From: Candidatus Borrarchaeum weybense
GTDB taxonomy: Archaea > Asgardarchaeota > Sifarchaeia > Borrarchaeales > Borrarchaeaceae
NCBI GenBank assembly: GCA_019057385.1
Contig: JAHQJS010000007.1
Location: forward strand, 747,685-811,684
DNA length: 64,000 nucleotides
Direction of reading: 5' to 3'
Shown: positions 9,648 through 19,100 of the stretch, piece by piece
Layout of the letters: each line of letters starts with the position of its first letter
Numbering within the stretch: the first letter of the stretch is position 1
The notes under the pieces: generated by a model
Seen by the model: only the letters and a program-made list of their open reading frames with translations
Database searches by the model: none
Told to the model about the DNA's origin: nothing
Made by a program: the position numbers and the translations under genes

Positions 9648-10139
9648 TTAAACAAACTCCACATAAACTGTTATGACAAAGTATGGAATGCTTTCAAAAC
9701 TAAGGGTCACATCAATGCGATTGGTTTGTCCTCTAAGTGCTTCTTTATTCTCTCCGACATTGTTTAGGAACAAAGTAAAACTGGCTTTCGTTCCAAATCC
9801 TGCAGGGATGTCTTTGTCGACTTCGAATTGATTTTCGTAGAATTTTGTGTCCCAGTGCCAGAAAAGAACAGGCTGAACATTATAAAGTTCAACAGTAATG
9901 TCGTTTAGGTGGACAGTTTCCCCATTATTTGCAAATGAGAAATCTCCTTTAACATCTTCGTCTAGGTTTATTACTAGTGGATTATTAAAAGTATCATGTG
10001 TTGATACATCTGAACCGTTAAGAAATAGTGTCATTGTTATATCATGATGAGTATAGTCAGCGCTTGAAAGAGGGGCAAAGGTAGTCATTGCAAATAATGT
10101 CACAAATAGTATCGCTATGACGCTGGTATATTTTCTCAA
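9648..10139 (-). CDS. Secreted stand-alone ectodomain paralog, copy 2, lacking the acidic DxDGDG loop
   Basis: Start reassigned to TTG 10139 (AGGTGA SD; MRKYTSVIAILF...LSSA signal peptide, parallel to the paralogs); 163 aa ending VYVEFV. Confidence 0.85.
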   Translation of the reverse strand: MRKYTSVIAILFVTLFAMTTFAPLSSADYTHHDITMTLFLNGSDVSTHDTFNNPLVINLDEDVKGDFSFANNGETVHLNDITVELYNVQPVLFWHWDTKFYENQFEVDKDIPAGFGTKASFTLFLNNVGENKEALRGQTNRIDVTLSFESIPYFVITVYVEFV

Positions 10140-10215
10140 ACGTTGTTCACCTTTCTTAAGTGCTCTAAGATTTATATTTACGATTAAACTAGAGTAAGAT
10201 ACATATGCACTCATA

Positions 10216-10236
10216 TTTAATAACTTTTTTAGTACA
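10216..10236 (-). promoter_or_regulatory. Promoter with TGTACTAAAA motif + TTATTAAA TATA box
   Basis: Minus strand TGTACTAAAAAAGTTATTAAA. Confidence 0.65.
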
Positions 10237-10414
10237 GTTTTTACCATAATTAAAAACTTTGACTTAGAGGCAATTTCTTCCCTTAAAGAGGCATACTAAT
10301 CTCATAATGTACAATTAAAAACGAATTGAATTACGTGAAAGGTGCATTTAACGTAATAAAATCTGATAAGAACAAAACATGATCAAAATTAATAAAAACA
10401 GGGATTCTCTTTTC

Positions 10415-10861
10415 CTATTCTTGGTCTTCTAATTCACCATCATCTTTGCTTAAAGCGAATTCCTTAATCTCTTGCAGGTTCCTTTCCATCCATTCTTTTC
10501 CAATATTCGTCTCAAGTAATTCAACTACCTCATCTTTGCCTTTTAGTTTTAAATACCATCTTATGACCGTTACGTTCATTGCTCTTATGGCTAAACGACT
10601 CATACGGCTCAAATCAACTAACAAGGGCTCTAAGATCGGAGATATCGACCTATCATTCTCAATATAAAGTTCACAAATGTCCCTGGTCAGATTATCAAAT
10701 ATTAAGCCATAATGATGCTTTTTTTCAGCCACGGCATCAAGAACCTCCCAGATATTCTTGAGTATTTGTTCTTGCTCTTCACCATTATTCGAATACGCTA
10801 AGTCAATCATTTCTTTTCTTAGGGCATCTATCTCCTCTTGAGTCATTTCTATTTCGGTCAT
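10415..10861 (-). CDS. Hypothetical acidic alpha-helical protein
   Basis: 148-aa ORF with GGAG SD; no recognised motif. Confidence 0.65.
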   Translation of the reverse strand: MTEIEMTQEEIDALRKEMIDLAYSNNGEEQEQILKNIWEVLDAVAEKKHHYGLIFDNLTRDICELYIENDRSISPILEPLLVDLSRMSRLAIRAMNVTVIRWYLKLKGKDEVVELLETNIGKEWMERNLQEIKEFALSKDDGELEDQE

Positions 10862-11056
10862 TGTGATGCGCTCCTATTTTCTTTTGAAAGGCCTATTTGT
10901 TTCTTGTTAGTATTGTAATCGGTTCTTTGAAGTGCTCTTCCGTTATTACGTTTTCGGTTTTTTTATCTTTTCATCATAGAATATTTTCTCATTCTGCAAA
11001 ATTAAAATCTCTGTTGAACAGAGTTTATTGCAATAAGAAAGCGATGTATTACTAAT

Positions 11057-11509
11057 TTACTTCAAAATTTTGATTTGTTTGCTTCTTACGGCTGCCTCAA
11101 TCCGGCTACAAATGTTCCAAGCTTCAAAAGCATAATCAATTAAAACCACCGCGTCCCGTTTTTGAAAGATGTTACTGGTAGCGATATCGATATAACCAAA
11201 TACAGAAAAATCGTGAAACGTCTTGCTTAGTTTTGATAAGAATATGAGTCTCTGTGCACCTTCAGTGATCAGACTAAATCTTTCGGGAAGTTCAAGCTTT
11301 TTTAGTATCATATTTATTTTTGTTGTAGAATCATGCAGAGGGGGATAAGAAAGATCAACTAAACTAAAAAGCGATTTGATAGCAACTTCTATGCATGATT
11401 GAGCCGCTTGAACACTAACAGAGAAATCTTTTTTCGCTAGTAATTCTCTGCCCATCATATAATATTTATATGCTTCGGCAAGAAGTTTCGCAGCCTCTTC
11501 GATACCCAT
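11057..11509 (-). CDS. HEPN domain protein (HEPN/MNT class)
   Basis: AAQSCIEVAIKSL...YPPLHD pattern typical of archaeal HEPN proteins; no adjacent MNT gene. Confidence 0.75.
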   Translation of the reverse strand: MGIEEAAKLLAEAYKYYMMGRELLAKKDFSVSVQAAQSCIEVAIKSLFSLVDLSYPPLHDSTTKINMILKKLELPERFSLITEGAQRLIFLSKLSKTFHDFSVFGYIDIATSNIFQKRDAVVLIDYAFEAWNICSRIEAAVRSKQIKILK

Positions 11510-11700
11510 TGTTGGTCATACTCATAAAACAATATAGTATTATATACTATTTTGACCTTAAAAAATGAGATTGTAAACTCCTTTAAAAATCTAAACTAGT
11601 AAGTTAAAACTAAAAATCAAGTGTAGTTTTTCTCAATAGACCGCTTAGAGAAAAATATAAAGAGTAGGACATTGTAAGATTTTACAGGCGGGAATGTACC

Positions 11701-12381
11701 ATGAGGAAAATTTGTTGTTGGATCATACTCGCACTTTTCGTAGGCAGTGTATTCTTTGTAAGTGTAACTACTGCTCAGGAAGACATTGAACTAGAACCAA
11801 TCGCAGACACTTATATTAGAGCTACAGATCCTGATGAAAACTATGGTGACGAAACATATCTTCGTGTGGGAGACGCACGTCTAAGCAATGATTATATACG
11901 TATTACCTATCTGCTGTTTGATTTATCAGCGATTGACGGATCGATTCAAGAGGCAACGTTGAAACTTTATCTGAAATGGTCATGGGAGGCGCGATATATT
12001 GGGATTCACGAATGTGATGACACCAATTGGAATGAAGACACACTTACCTGGAACAATGCACCTTCTTATAACTCAGAGGCTGTAGACAGTTTCAATGTTA
12101 GTCGTACACTTCAATGGAATGAATGGGATGCTACAGACATTGCTAAAGGAAAGCAAGGTCAACTGGTAACAATTGTGGTAAAAGCAAGAGATCCAGTGAA
12201 TAAAATTGGTGATTGGACCGACTTCGCTTCAAAAGAAAATGATCGCAATCATCCCGTGCTAGTCATTAATCAAGGCAGTGGCGGTTTTTCGGTGTGTCTT
12301 GGCACCATTCTGCTATGCTGTACTATTCCAGTGCTTGGATTAGGTGTCCTTTCTAAACGAATTCGTACTAAAGTTCGCTAA
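11701..12381 (+). CDS. Cell-surface DNRLRE/CBM96-like domain protein with C-terminal membrane anchor
   Basis: Signal peptide; ADTYI...PDENYG, YLLFDLS, ATLKLY, WNEDTLTWNNAP, FASKE...PVL; C-terminal CLGT-TM-basic tail. Confidence 0.85.
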   Translation: MRKICCWIILALFVGSVFFVSVTTAQEDIELEPIADTYIRATDPDENYGDETYLRVGDARLSNDYIRITYLLFDLSAIDGSIQEATLKLYLKWSWEARYIGIHECDDTNWNEDTLTWNNAPSYNSEAVDSFNVSRTLQWNEWDATDIAKGKQGQLVTIVVKARDPVNKIGDWTDFASKENDRNHPVLVINQGSGGFSVCLGTILLCCTIPVLGLGVLSKRIRTKVR

Positions 12382-12549
12382 ACATCTATTAAAAATCCTT
12401 TTTTCTTTTTTCCAGTAAGTATTGGTACCTTAGGAGTATCTCAAAAGGAATTTAACTCATAAATTGTTTTGCCTAATAAATTAAAGATTTATAAGACATA
12501 AAAACAGAGTAAAAAGGATATATTGTGCGAGAATATCGAGGTGAGGATT

Positions 12550-13551
12550 TTGAAGATCGCATTTTTCGAGGTAAAGGAATGGGAGGAAAAATACCTTAGT
12601 GAAAATCTACCAGGACACGATTTAGTATTTTATTCGGAAGCTTTAACATCAGAAAACGCTGATAGAGTGAAGGATTTTGATAGTGTTTCAGTTTTTGTTT
12701 TTTCAGAGGTTTATAAAGAGGCTTTAGCAAAAATGCCGAACCTAAAATTCATTACAACGCGATCCACAGGCTTTGACCACATTGACCTGGAGGGGTGCAA
12801 GACACGAAATATCGTTGCGTGTAACGTTCCATTTTACGGAGATAATACAGTTGCCGAGCATGCTTTTGCATTGCTATTATCACTAACGCGGAAGATACAT
12901 AAAATCCGTATGACTGAACATAAGACCTTAGCCATGGAAGGGCTTAAGGGAACTGACCTTAAAGGAAAAACATTTGGAGTGGTAGGAGCCGGTCGTATTG
13001 GGTTATATGCTGTAAAATTTGCACGTGGATTTGGCATGAACGTTCTTGCGTATGATATCATCTTTAACGACTTCGCACGTGAAGTACTTGGATATAAATA
13101 TGTATCTCTTGAAGAACTGCTAAAAAATTCAGATATAATATCTCTTCATGCACCGTATAACAAATATACGCACCATATGATAAACAAAGATAACATTAAG
13201 CTAATTAAACCTGGTGCTATCCTCATAAATTCTTCAAGGGGCGGCCTTATAGACACCGATGCACTGAAATACGCGTTAGATGAAGGGATCATAAGTGCTG
13301 CTGGTCTCGATGTAATTGAGGGAGAAGAATTTCTTATTGAAGAAAAAATGAAACCCCGAGAAACATTAACAGATGAAGAGAAAAGAATCCTTCAAAGGAA
13401 TTTGGAAATTATTGAAAGAGAGAATGTCATATTTACTCCACACGTGGCATTTAATACCCAAGAAGCGGCACAAAGAATTCTGGATACTACTTTATCAAAC
13501 ATAAAAGCGTATCTAGAAGGTCATCCAGAAAATGTGATTGCAGAAATATAA
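12550..13551 (+). CDS. D-isomer-specific 2-hydroxyacid dehydrogenase (D-LDH-like)
   Basis: TRSTGFDHID, VAEH, GVVGAGRIG, INSSRG, GLDV, TPHVAF; TTG start after GAGGTGA. Confidence 0.92.
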   Translation: MKIAFFEVKEWEEKYLSENLPGHDLVFYSEALTSENADRVKDFDSVSVFVFSEVYKEALAKMPNLKFITTRSTGFDHIDLEGCKTRNIVACNVPFYGDNTVAEHAFALLLSLTRKIHKIRMTEHKTLAMEGLKGTDLKGKTFGVVGAGRIGLYAVKFARGFGMNVLAYDIIFNDFAREVLGYKYVSLEELLKNSDIISLHAPYNKYTHHMINKDNIKLIKPGAILINSSRGGLIDTDALKYALDEGIISAAGLDVIEGEEFLIEEKMKPRETLTDEEKRILQRNLEIIERENVIFTPHVAFNTQEAAQRILDTTLSNIKAYLEGHPENVIAEI

Positions 13552-13573
13552 GATATGATGATTTTCTTTCAAC

Positions 13574-14146
13574 CTATTCATCTTTTTTTAATTGATCCTC
13601 AAACATCTTGAAATCACGTTTTTCTTGTTCTTTAATGATAGACACTTCGTCCTCTGGTGAAAGTATAGAGATGCCTACGGAATCCTCTAAAACCTCTATA
13701 AAAACAATTTTATCTGCCTGTTTAAGATCTACTTTTCGATCTATGTTGGAGGCTGCTGCAGTAATTAGGTCATTTCTGGCAACATTTGTAAATCGTCTCT
13801 CTAGAGTGATACGAAAGGTTTCATCATTCTTAATTTTCTTTTCCGCTAGTTTCGAACACACCTGCTTGATTTCATCTAAATCTGCTTCAACAACACTTTC
13901 AATAGGCCTTAGTTTAAGGATTAAAAAATAGCGAAACTTATCCTTCTGAATTAATTCCTTTATTTTCTTAATCACAATAAATGGGTCAAGATTTGTATAC
14001 GCAAGTATTATTCCTTGCGCTACGGAGGTCGTTACTTGTGGGTTTGTATCTCCGAGTTGTTCTAATAAATCTTTCATTTCTTCGCAAGCTGGTATTTCGA
14101 AACCTTTCATAACCGATACAAATAAGTTAAATTTCATTAAATCCAC
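13574..14146 (-). CDS. THUMP domain RNA-binding protein (Tan1-like)
   Basis: TFRITLERR...KVDLKQADKIVFIEVL...GISI THUMP signature. Confidence 0.85.
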   Translation of the reverse strand: MDLMKFNLFVSVMKGFEIPACEEMKDLLEQLGDTNPQVTTSVAQGIILAYTNLDPFIVIKKIKELIQKDKFRYFLILKLRPIESVVEADLDEIKQVCSKLAEKKIKNDETFRITLERRFTNVARNDLITAAASNIDRKVDLKQADKIVFIEVLEDSVGISILSPEDEVSIIKEQEKRDFKMFEDQLKKDE

Positions 14147-14230
14147 TTATTGAAACTTATTGAGCTGCATATATTAAAAGTTTTAAACTTAGTTAAAGTA
14201 GTACATTTGAAATTAGCCAATTTGGAGGAC

Positions 14231-14536
14231 ATGACAATTCTCATAAGAGACCTCCTCAATAAATTAATCTGGGATTCGAAGGAAGACATCAAAGACTATG
14301 TCATCATCTATATCCATCGTGGAGCGTTGAATGATCAAAGACAAATTCTGGCACATCTTATAGAAAAGGTTTATGTTGGAAGTTTTCTCTGTACTATCGA
14401 CGATGAAGAGACGATTATACCCTTCCATCGAATTCTTGAAATCAGAAATATTCGTACTCAAGAAATAGTATATAAAAAGAGAAGTTCTCAGAAAAAGGAA
14501 GTTGAGTGTAAAGATAAGAGTAAAAACGACCACTAG
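14231..14536 (+). CDS. DUF504/MJ1316-like protein (RNA repair-associated family)
   Basis: RDLLNKLIWD, YIHRGA, IPFHRILEI; ATG 14231 after GGAGG. Confidence 0.85.
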   Translation: MTILIRDLLNKLIWDSKEDIKDYVIIYIHRGALNDQRQILAHLIEKVYVGSFLCTIDDEETIIPFHRILEIRNIRTQEIVYKKRSSQKKEVECKDKSKNDH

Positions 14537-14553
14537 CGTTTCTTTGTCACATT

Positions 14554-15312
14554 TTATACACTCTTTGCACTGATTGATCTTTCAACAACAAACCAACCCA
14601 CGCCATAACGATAAAGATAATCATGTACTTCAAAATTTGACTGTTGTAGTAGCCTTATCCAATCATCTTTTTTCAAAAGCATCCAGAATGCAAAAGGTGT
14701 GAATGTGAAAAAGCCTCTCAAGTTTCTTAAAGGTTCTACAAGAAGAAACCGTCCACCGGGTTTCGTTACTCTATAGATTTCTTCTAAGGCATTAAGTTTT
14801 TCATCTATACTATTTAAATTATTCAGGACGCTAGAACTGGCCACCAAATCAAAGCTTGTATCAGGAAAGGGTATATCCAGAACATTGCCGAAAGAAAATT
14901 CAACCTTATCTCTAACACCTTCTATTGCAGCGTTTTCATAGGCTTTTTCAGCTGAGTTGCCAGGTATCTCCATTTTATCCCAAATATCAATTCCAATAAC
15001 TTTACCATCATTCAATTGCTTCGCAATTCCGTTTGTCAGTTTACCCAATCCACAGCCGACATCAAGAACATTTTCGTTGCCCGCTAGTTTAAGAATTTCA
15101 GAAACATCTTCAGCTCTATCCTGCCTCATGAAATGAATGGAGATGCCATAAGATGCCACTAGATATACTCCAAATGCAAGGATGATAATCCCAATTATTT
15201 GCATGGCAAATAGGAACACCAAAATACCTGCTAGTATTATAAGTGCTGATAAGCCAGTCATAATGGGTAGGGCGTAATAGCCGTAATGGGGCTTATCCTT
15301 CACTTTTTTCAC
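14554..15312 (-). CDS. Membrane-anchored class I SAM-dependent methyltransferase
   Basis: Two N-terminal TMs; VLDVGCGLG, GIDIW, FPDTSFDLV, KPGGRF. Confidence 0.9.
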   Translation of the reverse strand: MKKVKDKPHYGYYALPIMTGLSALIILAGILVFLFAMQIIGIIILAFGVYLVASYGISIHFMRQDRAEDVSEILKLAGNENVLDVGCGLGKLTNGIAKQLNDGKVIGIDIWDKMEIPGNSAEKAYENAAIEGVRDKVEFSFGNVLDIPFPDTSFDLVASSSVLNNLNSIDEKLNALEEIYRVTKPGGRFLLVEPLRNLRGFFTFTPFAFWMLLKKDDWIRLLQQSNFEVHDYLYRYGVGWFVVERSISAKSV

Positions 15313-15566
15313 CTATTTTCGCCCTTCTTTTTGACTCCGAATTTTTCTGTAACATACCCCACGCCTTCCAAAATTTTTAGTGCAAAATTTTTCATCAAAT
15401 CAGCCTTTACGATAGCCAATCCTTTTTCTTCATCTCCAACCACGAGCAAACTATCTCCAGCTTTTATGTCGAACATCTCTCTTGCTTCTTTTGGAATAAC
15501 AATCTGTCCTCTTGCTCCTACTTTGGCTATTCCGAATATATGCTTGCCTTCTTTTATTTCAACCAT
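15309..15566 (-). CDS. AbrB/MazE/SpoVT family DNA-binding protein
   Basis: KVGARGQIVIPKEAREMFDIKAGD; 4-bp overlap with the methyltransferase gene. Confidence 0.9.
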   Translation of the reverse strand: MVEIKEGKHIFGIAKVGARGQIVIPKEAREMFDIKAGDSLLVVGDEEKGLAIVKADLMKNFALKILEGVGYVTEKFGVKKKGENR

Positions 15567-15722
15567 TTTGATCTCTCATGTAATTCATATTTTTCATACT
15601 AATCATATCAATGTGATGATTCATATTTAAAGTTGTTGGTTTTGGTTTAAAACGGAATCATAATATAAAGAAGACAACAGCCGCTGGAATGGTTTACGAA
15701 ATTAAGTTGATTATATGAGATC

Positions 15723-16058
15723 TTAATCGGCTTCTATGATTCGGATATCGTTTTGGGTAAGTTCAGAAAATAAGGAATAGATTTCTTGATTGATCCTTAG
15801 TTCAACCTCATTTATTTTTTCAATTATTCGCGTATATTCAATATAATTACCTACCCATTTTTTAGAGTCATTTTGATTAGATTCGAGTTGATTTTTTTCC
15901 TGTAAAAGTGAAATCAACTCGATTACAAGTTCGGTAATTCTATCATGTTTTGTTTTTTCTTTAGGATCTGAGAGATCTATCTTTTTTATGAGTATTCTGC
16001 TTAAGGGTGTGGTGAAATATTCATTCGTACCACTCTTTGCTTTTTTTGTCGTAATCAT
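15723..16058 (-). pseudogene. Orphan C-terminal segment of a type IIG RM enzyme (alternative tail or remnant)
   Basis: KAKSGTNEYFTTPLSRILIKKID matches KAKGGMNEYFTTPLSRIPIREID of the 1289-aa enzyme; ends in the typical INQEIYSLF..LT..DIRIIE tail. Confidence 0.8.
15992..16019 (-). repeat. 28-bp inverted repeat, copy A
   Basis: Minus strand TATTTCACCACACCCTTAAGCAGAATAC; 27/28 identical to 19249-19276. Confidence 0.9.
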
Positions 16059-16119
16059 TTTTAATAAAAAGGTAGATAATAAAATGTAAAATGTTTTATA
16101 GGCGACAAAAATTTAATGA

Positions 16120-19100
16120 ATGTATTATTCAACTTTGAAGAAAATTTTTATTGATCGATCAATCCGGTCTCGGGTTGTTGTTCTAATGACTGATGAGATT
16201 CGTCGTACATTTGAAGCTACCATTCACGAACTAATCACAAAATACGATCAATGGATTCACGAAAAGGGTGAAAAAGGACTAAAAGAAATAAGTGAGGCAA
16301 ATATCAGAAAAGATTTTGTTGATCCCCCCTTTGAGGCATTAGGATGGCAAGTTAGAGACGCCCACGAGTACGACGCTGAAAAATATGTTCGACCAGGTCA
16401 TGCTGATGTTATGATTAAATTAAATGAAGAGCCAGTTATGATTATTGAAGCTAAAAGATTTCGCGGAATTCCAGAAAGGGCATTTCAGCAAACAATAAAT
16501 GGGATTTCTATACGGACGGATTGGTATGATGAAGAGCGACAAGTCCTGAACTATGCTTATCGTACAGGTGTAAAATGGGCCATTTTAACTAACTTTGAAA
16601 AGTTTAGAGTCTTTAATGCTTTTAATGGGATAACTGTACTAAATATAGAAAAACCTATTGAGTATATTGATAGAATTAACGAAATGTTGCTTTTGACGAA
16701 AAGTTCAGTGGAATCTGGACAATTAGATAAAATAGAAGAAAGAAGAGAATTACCAGATATCGACTTAGGCTTTTTAGAATTGTTAAAAGATTGGAGACTA
16801 AAGTTGGCACGAAGGATCTATGAATTGAATGTTGGGAAGACCGTTGAAATAGATGGGAAACAGATAGTCTTCTCTTTTGATACTGAAGAGCTTATGAAGA
16901 AAAATCTCGAATTAATAAAATCAGCAACTCAAAGGTTGCTGGATCGACTCATAATAATGCGATTCGCAGAGGATAAATTAATCACAGAACATCCAGACTT
17001 ACTTAAAATTATAAACGATAATTGGATACAGACAAGAGGATATCGTGATATCAATTTCTTGAAAAACTCTCTCAATGATATATTTGCGGGATTCTACAAA
17101 AAGCATAATAGTAAAATTTTTGAGAAAGGACATATCTGTGAAAAATTAGAGATAGATAATGAAGTTTTAAGTGAAATAATAACTGCGCTTTATGGAATTT
17201 GTTTTAGAAAATTCACGTCGGACATCTTAGGAAATACGTATGAGAGTTATTTGGGGCACGAATTTTTCTTTAGAGGTAGTACACTTGATCTAAGAGCCAA
17301 TCTACGGCTGCAGAAGATGGGAGGGATATATTACACACCTATAGATATTGTTCAGTTCATTGTGGATTATACTCTGGGTATTAAATTAGAAAAAATATGG
17401 GAACGTACAGAAGAACTACTCGGTGAAGGCCAGCATGAAGAAGCGATTGGCTTTTTTATTGAAGTCTTTGACATAAAAACGTTAGATGCAGCATGTGGAT
17501 CTGGTACATTCTTAATCAAAGTTCTGGAATTATTTGAAGAATATTACAGAAAATTCAAAGAAAAAATCAGAGGAATCAGAAAACTAGAACAACTAGATAA
17601 AATAAGTAGTTATTTGAAGTTGCCAGACGGCATTTCAAACTATACGGTGGCTATCCTAAAGAAAAGCATATATGGCAATGATTTAGATCCTTCAGCATCC
17701 GAGATAACTTCGGTGAATTTAGTTTTGCAGTCTTTAGAAAGAGAAAAGAAATTACCTCTAATTCTTTATGAAAATATCAAAATTGGAAATTCGTTAATTT
17801 CAGGTGTGACTTCAGAGAAAGATCTTGATAGATTCCAAAATGAAATTGAAAAGTTAACAGAGTTAAGAGAACAATTAAAAGAAGTTGAAGATGTGGAAGA
17901 AAAAAAGGAACTTGAAAAAGAAGAATCAACTCTTAGAGAAAAAATTTATTCCGAACTCAATAGAAATCTGAAACCTTACTTTGATAACCTAGACGATTTA
18001 ATGAAACCATTTGTCTGGGAGATAGAGTTTCCTGAAATATTTTCAAATGGCGGATTCGATGTAGTTATAGGAAACCCTCCGTATTTTACAATTGAAGGAC
18101 GTCGAGAAAGGGAACAAACTATTTATTACGAGTATTTCAAGAATTTTGAGGTTTGGAAACCATACTTTAGAGCAAATTCGGATATCTATTACTATTTCAT
18201 CATTCAGGCAATAAGATTATTGAATAAGGGAGGACTATTTGGCTTTATCATAGAAAATTACTTTTTAGAAAATGATTTTGCAGACCGCTTGAGAGAGTTT
18301 ATTTTGAAAAACACAACAGTAGAAAAGATAATCCATTTCGGCGACATTAAGATATTTCCTACTGCGGATAATGATACATGCATCTTAATCTTAAAGAAAG
18401 AAGACAATGAAAAGATTAGAAAAGAAAACAAAATAAAGGTTGTTCGCTGCAAAAAAACGCCAGAATTAAATGAAAACCTAATTCAGCAATTGCAAGAAAT
18501 GATATCAAAAGAGTTTTTCGAGAAAAAGGTTCAGCAGGAACGAAACAAAAAACTAGTTGAACACATAAGAGAGCATATCTCAAAAGAAGAATACTCAGAT
18601 GACCTCATCGATGTTTTTTGGGTACAACAGAATAGCCTAAATGAAAACAAATGGGTTCTTTCAATACAAGAGGAGATAATAGATAAAATTGAGAACGTAG
18701 ATTTTACATTAGCCGATTGTTGCTACATAGGAGAAGGATTCAAAACCGGATTAAATGAAGCATTTATCGTAGATGAAACTACCATCAATAAATTTGGATT
18801 AGAAAGCGAAATATTAGTCCCTCTCTTGAGAAACAGCCATATTTCCCGTTATTATGCAAATTATAGGGATCTCCATTTGATTTACGCCACTAATGAAACC
18901 GATATAGATGCCTATGAAAATGTTAAAGATTATCTAGACGGATTTCGAGAGAAGTTAGAAAATAGGTTCCAATTTAAGGATGAAACCTGTAAATGGTATA
19001 GTCTCAGTATTCCCCAAAGCCAAGAACTCTTTGATAACGCGTCCGAAAAAATCTTTTGTCCCTATAGAGCCGAAAGGAATACATTTGCATATGATAACGA

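Noticed and set aside
10180-10202. Paralogous promoter as a target of the copy-1 omegaRNA guide
   Set aside because: TTAC is present, but identity to the guide breaks after 2 nt without a gap, so the seed does not match.
10140-10247. 36-aa N-terminal extension of ORF 9648..10247
   Set aside because: It overlaps the promoter motif and TATA box; paralog alignment and the SD place the start at TTG 10139.
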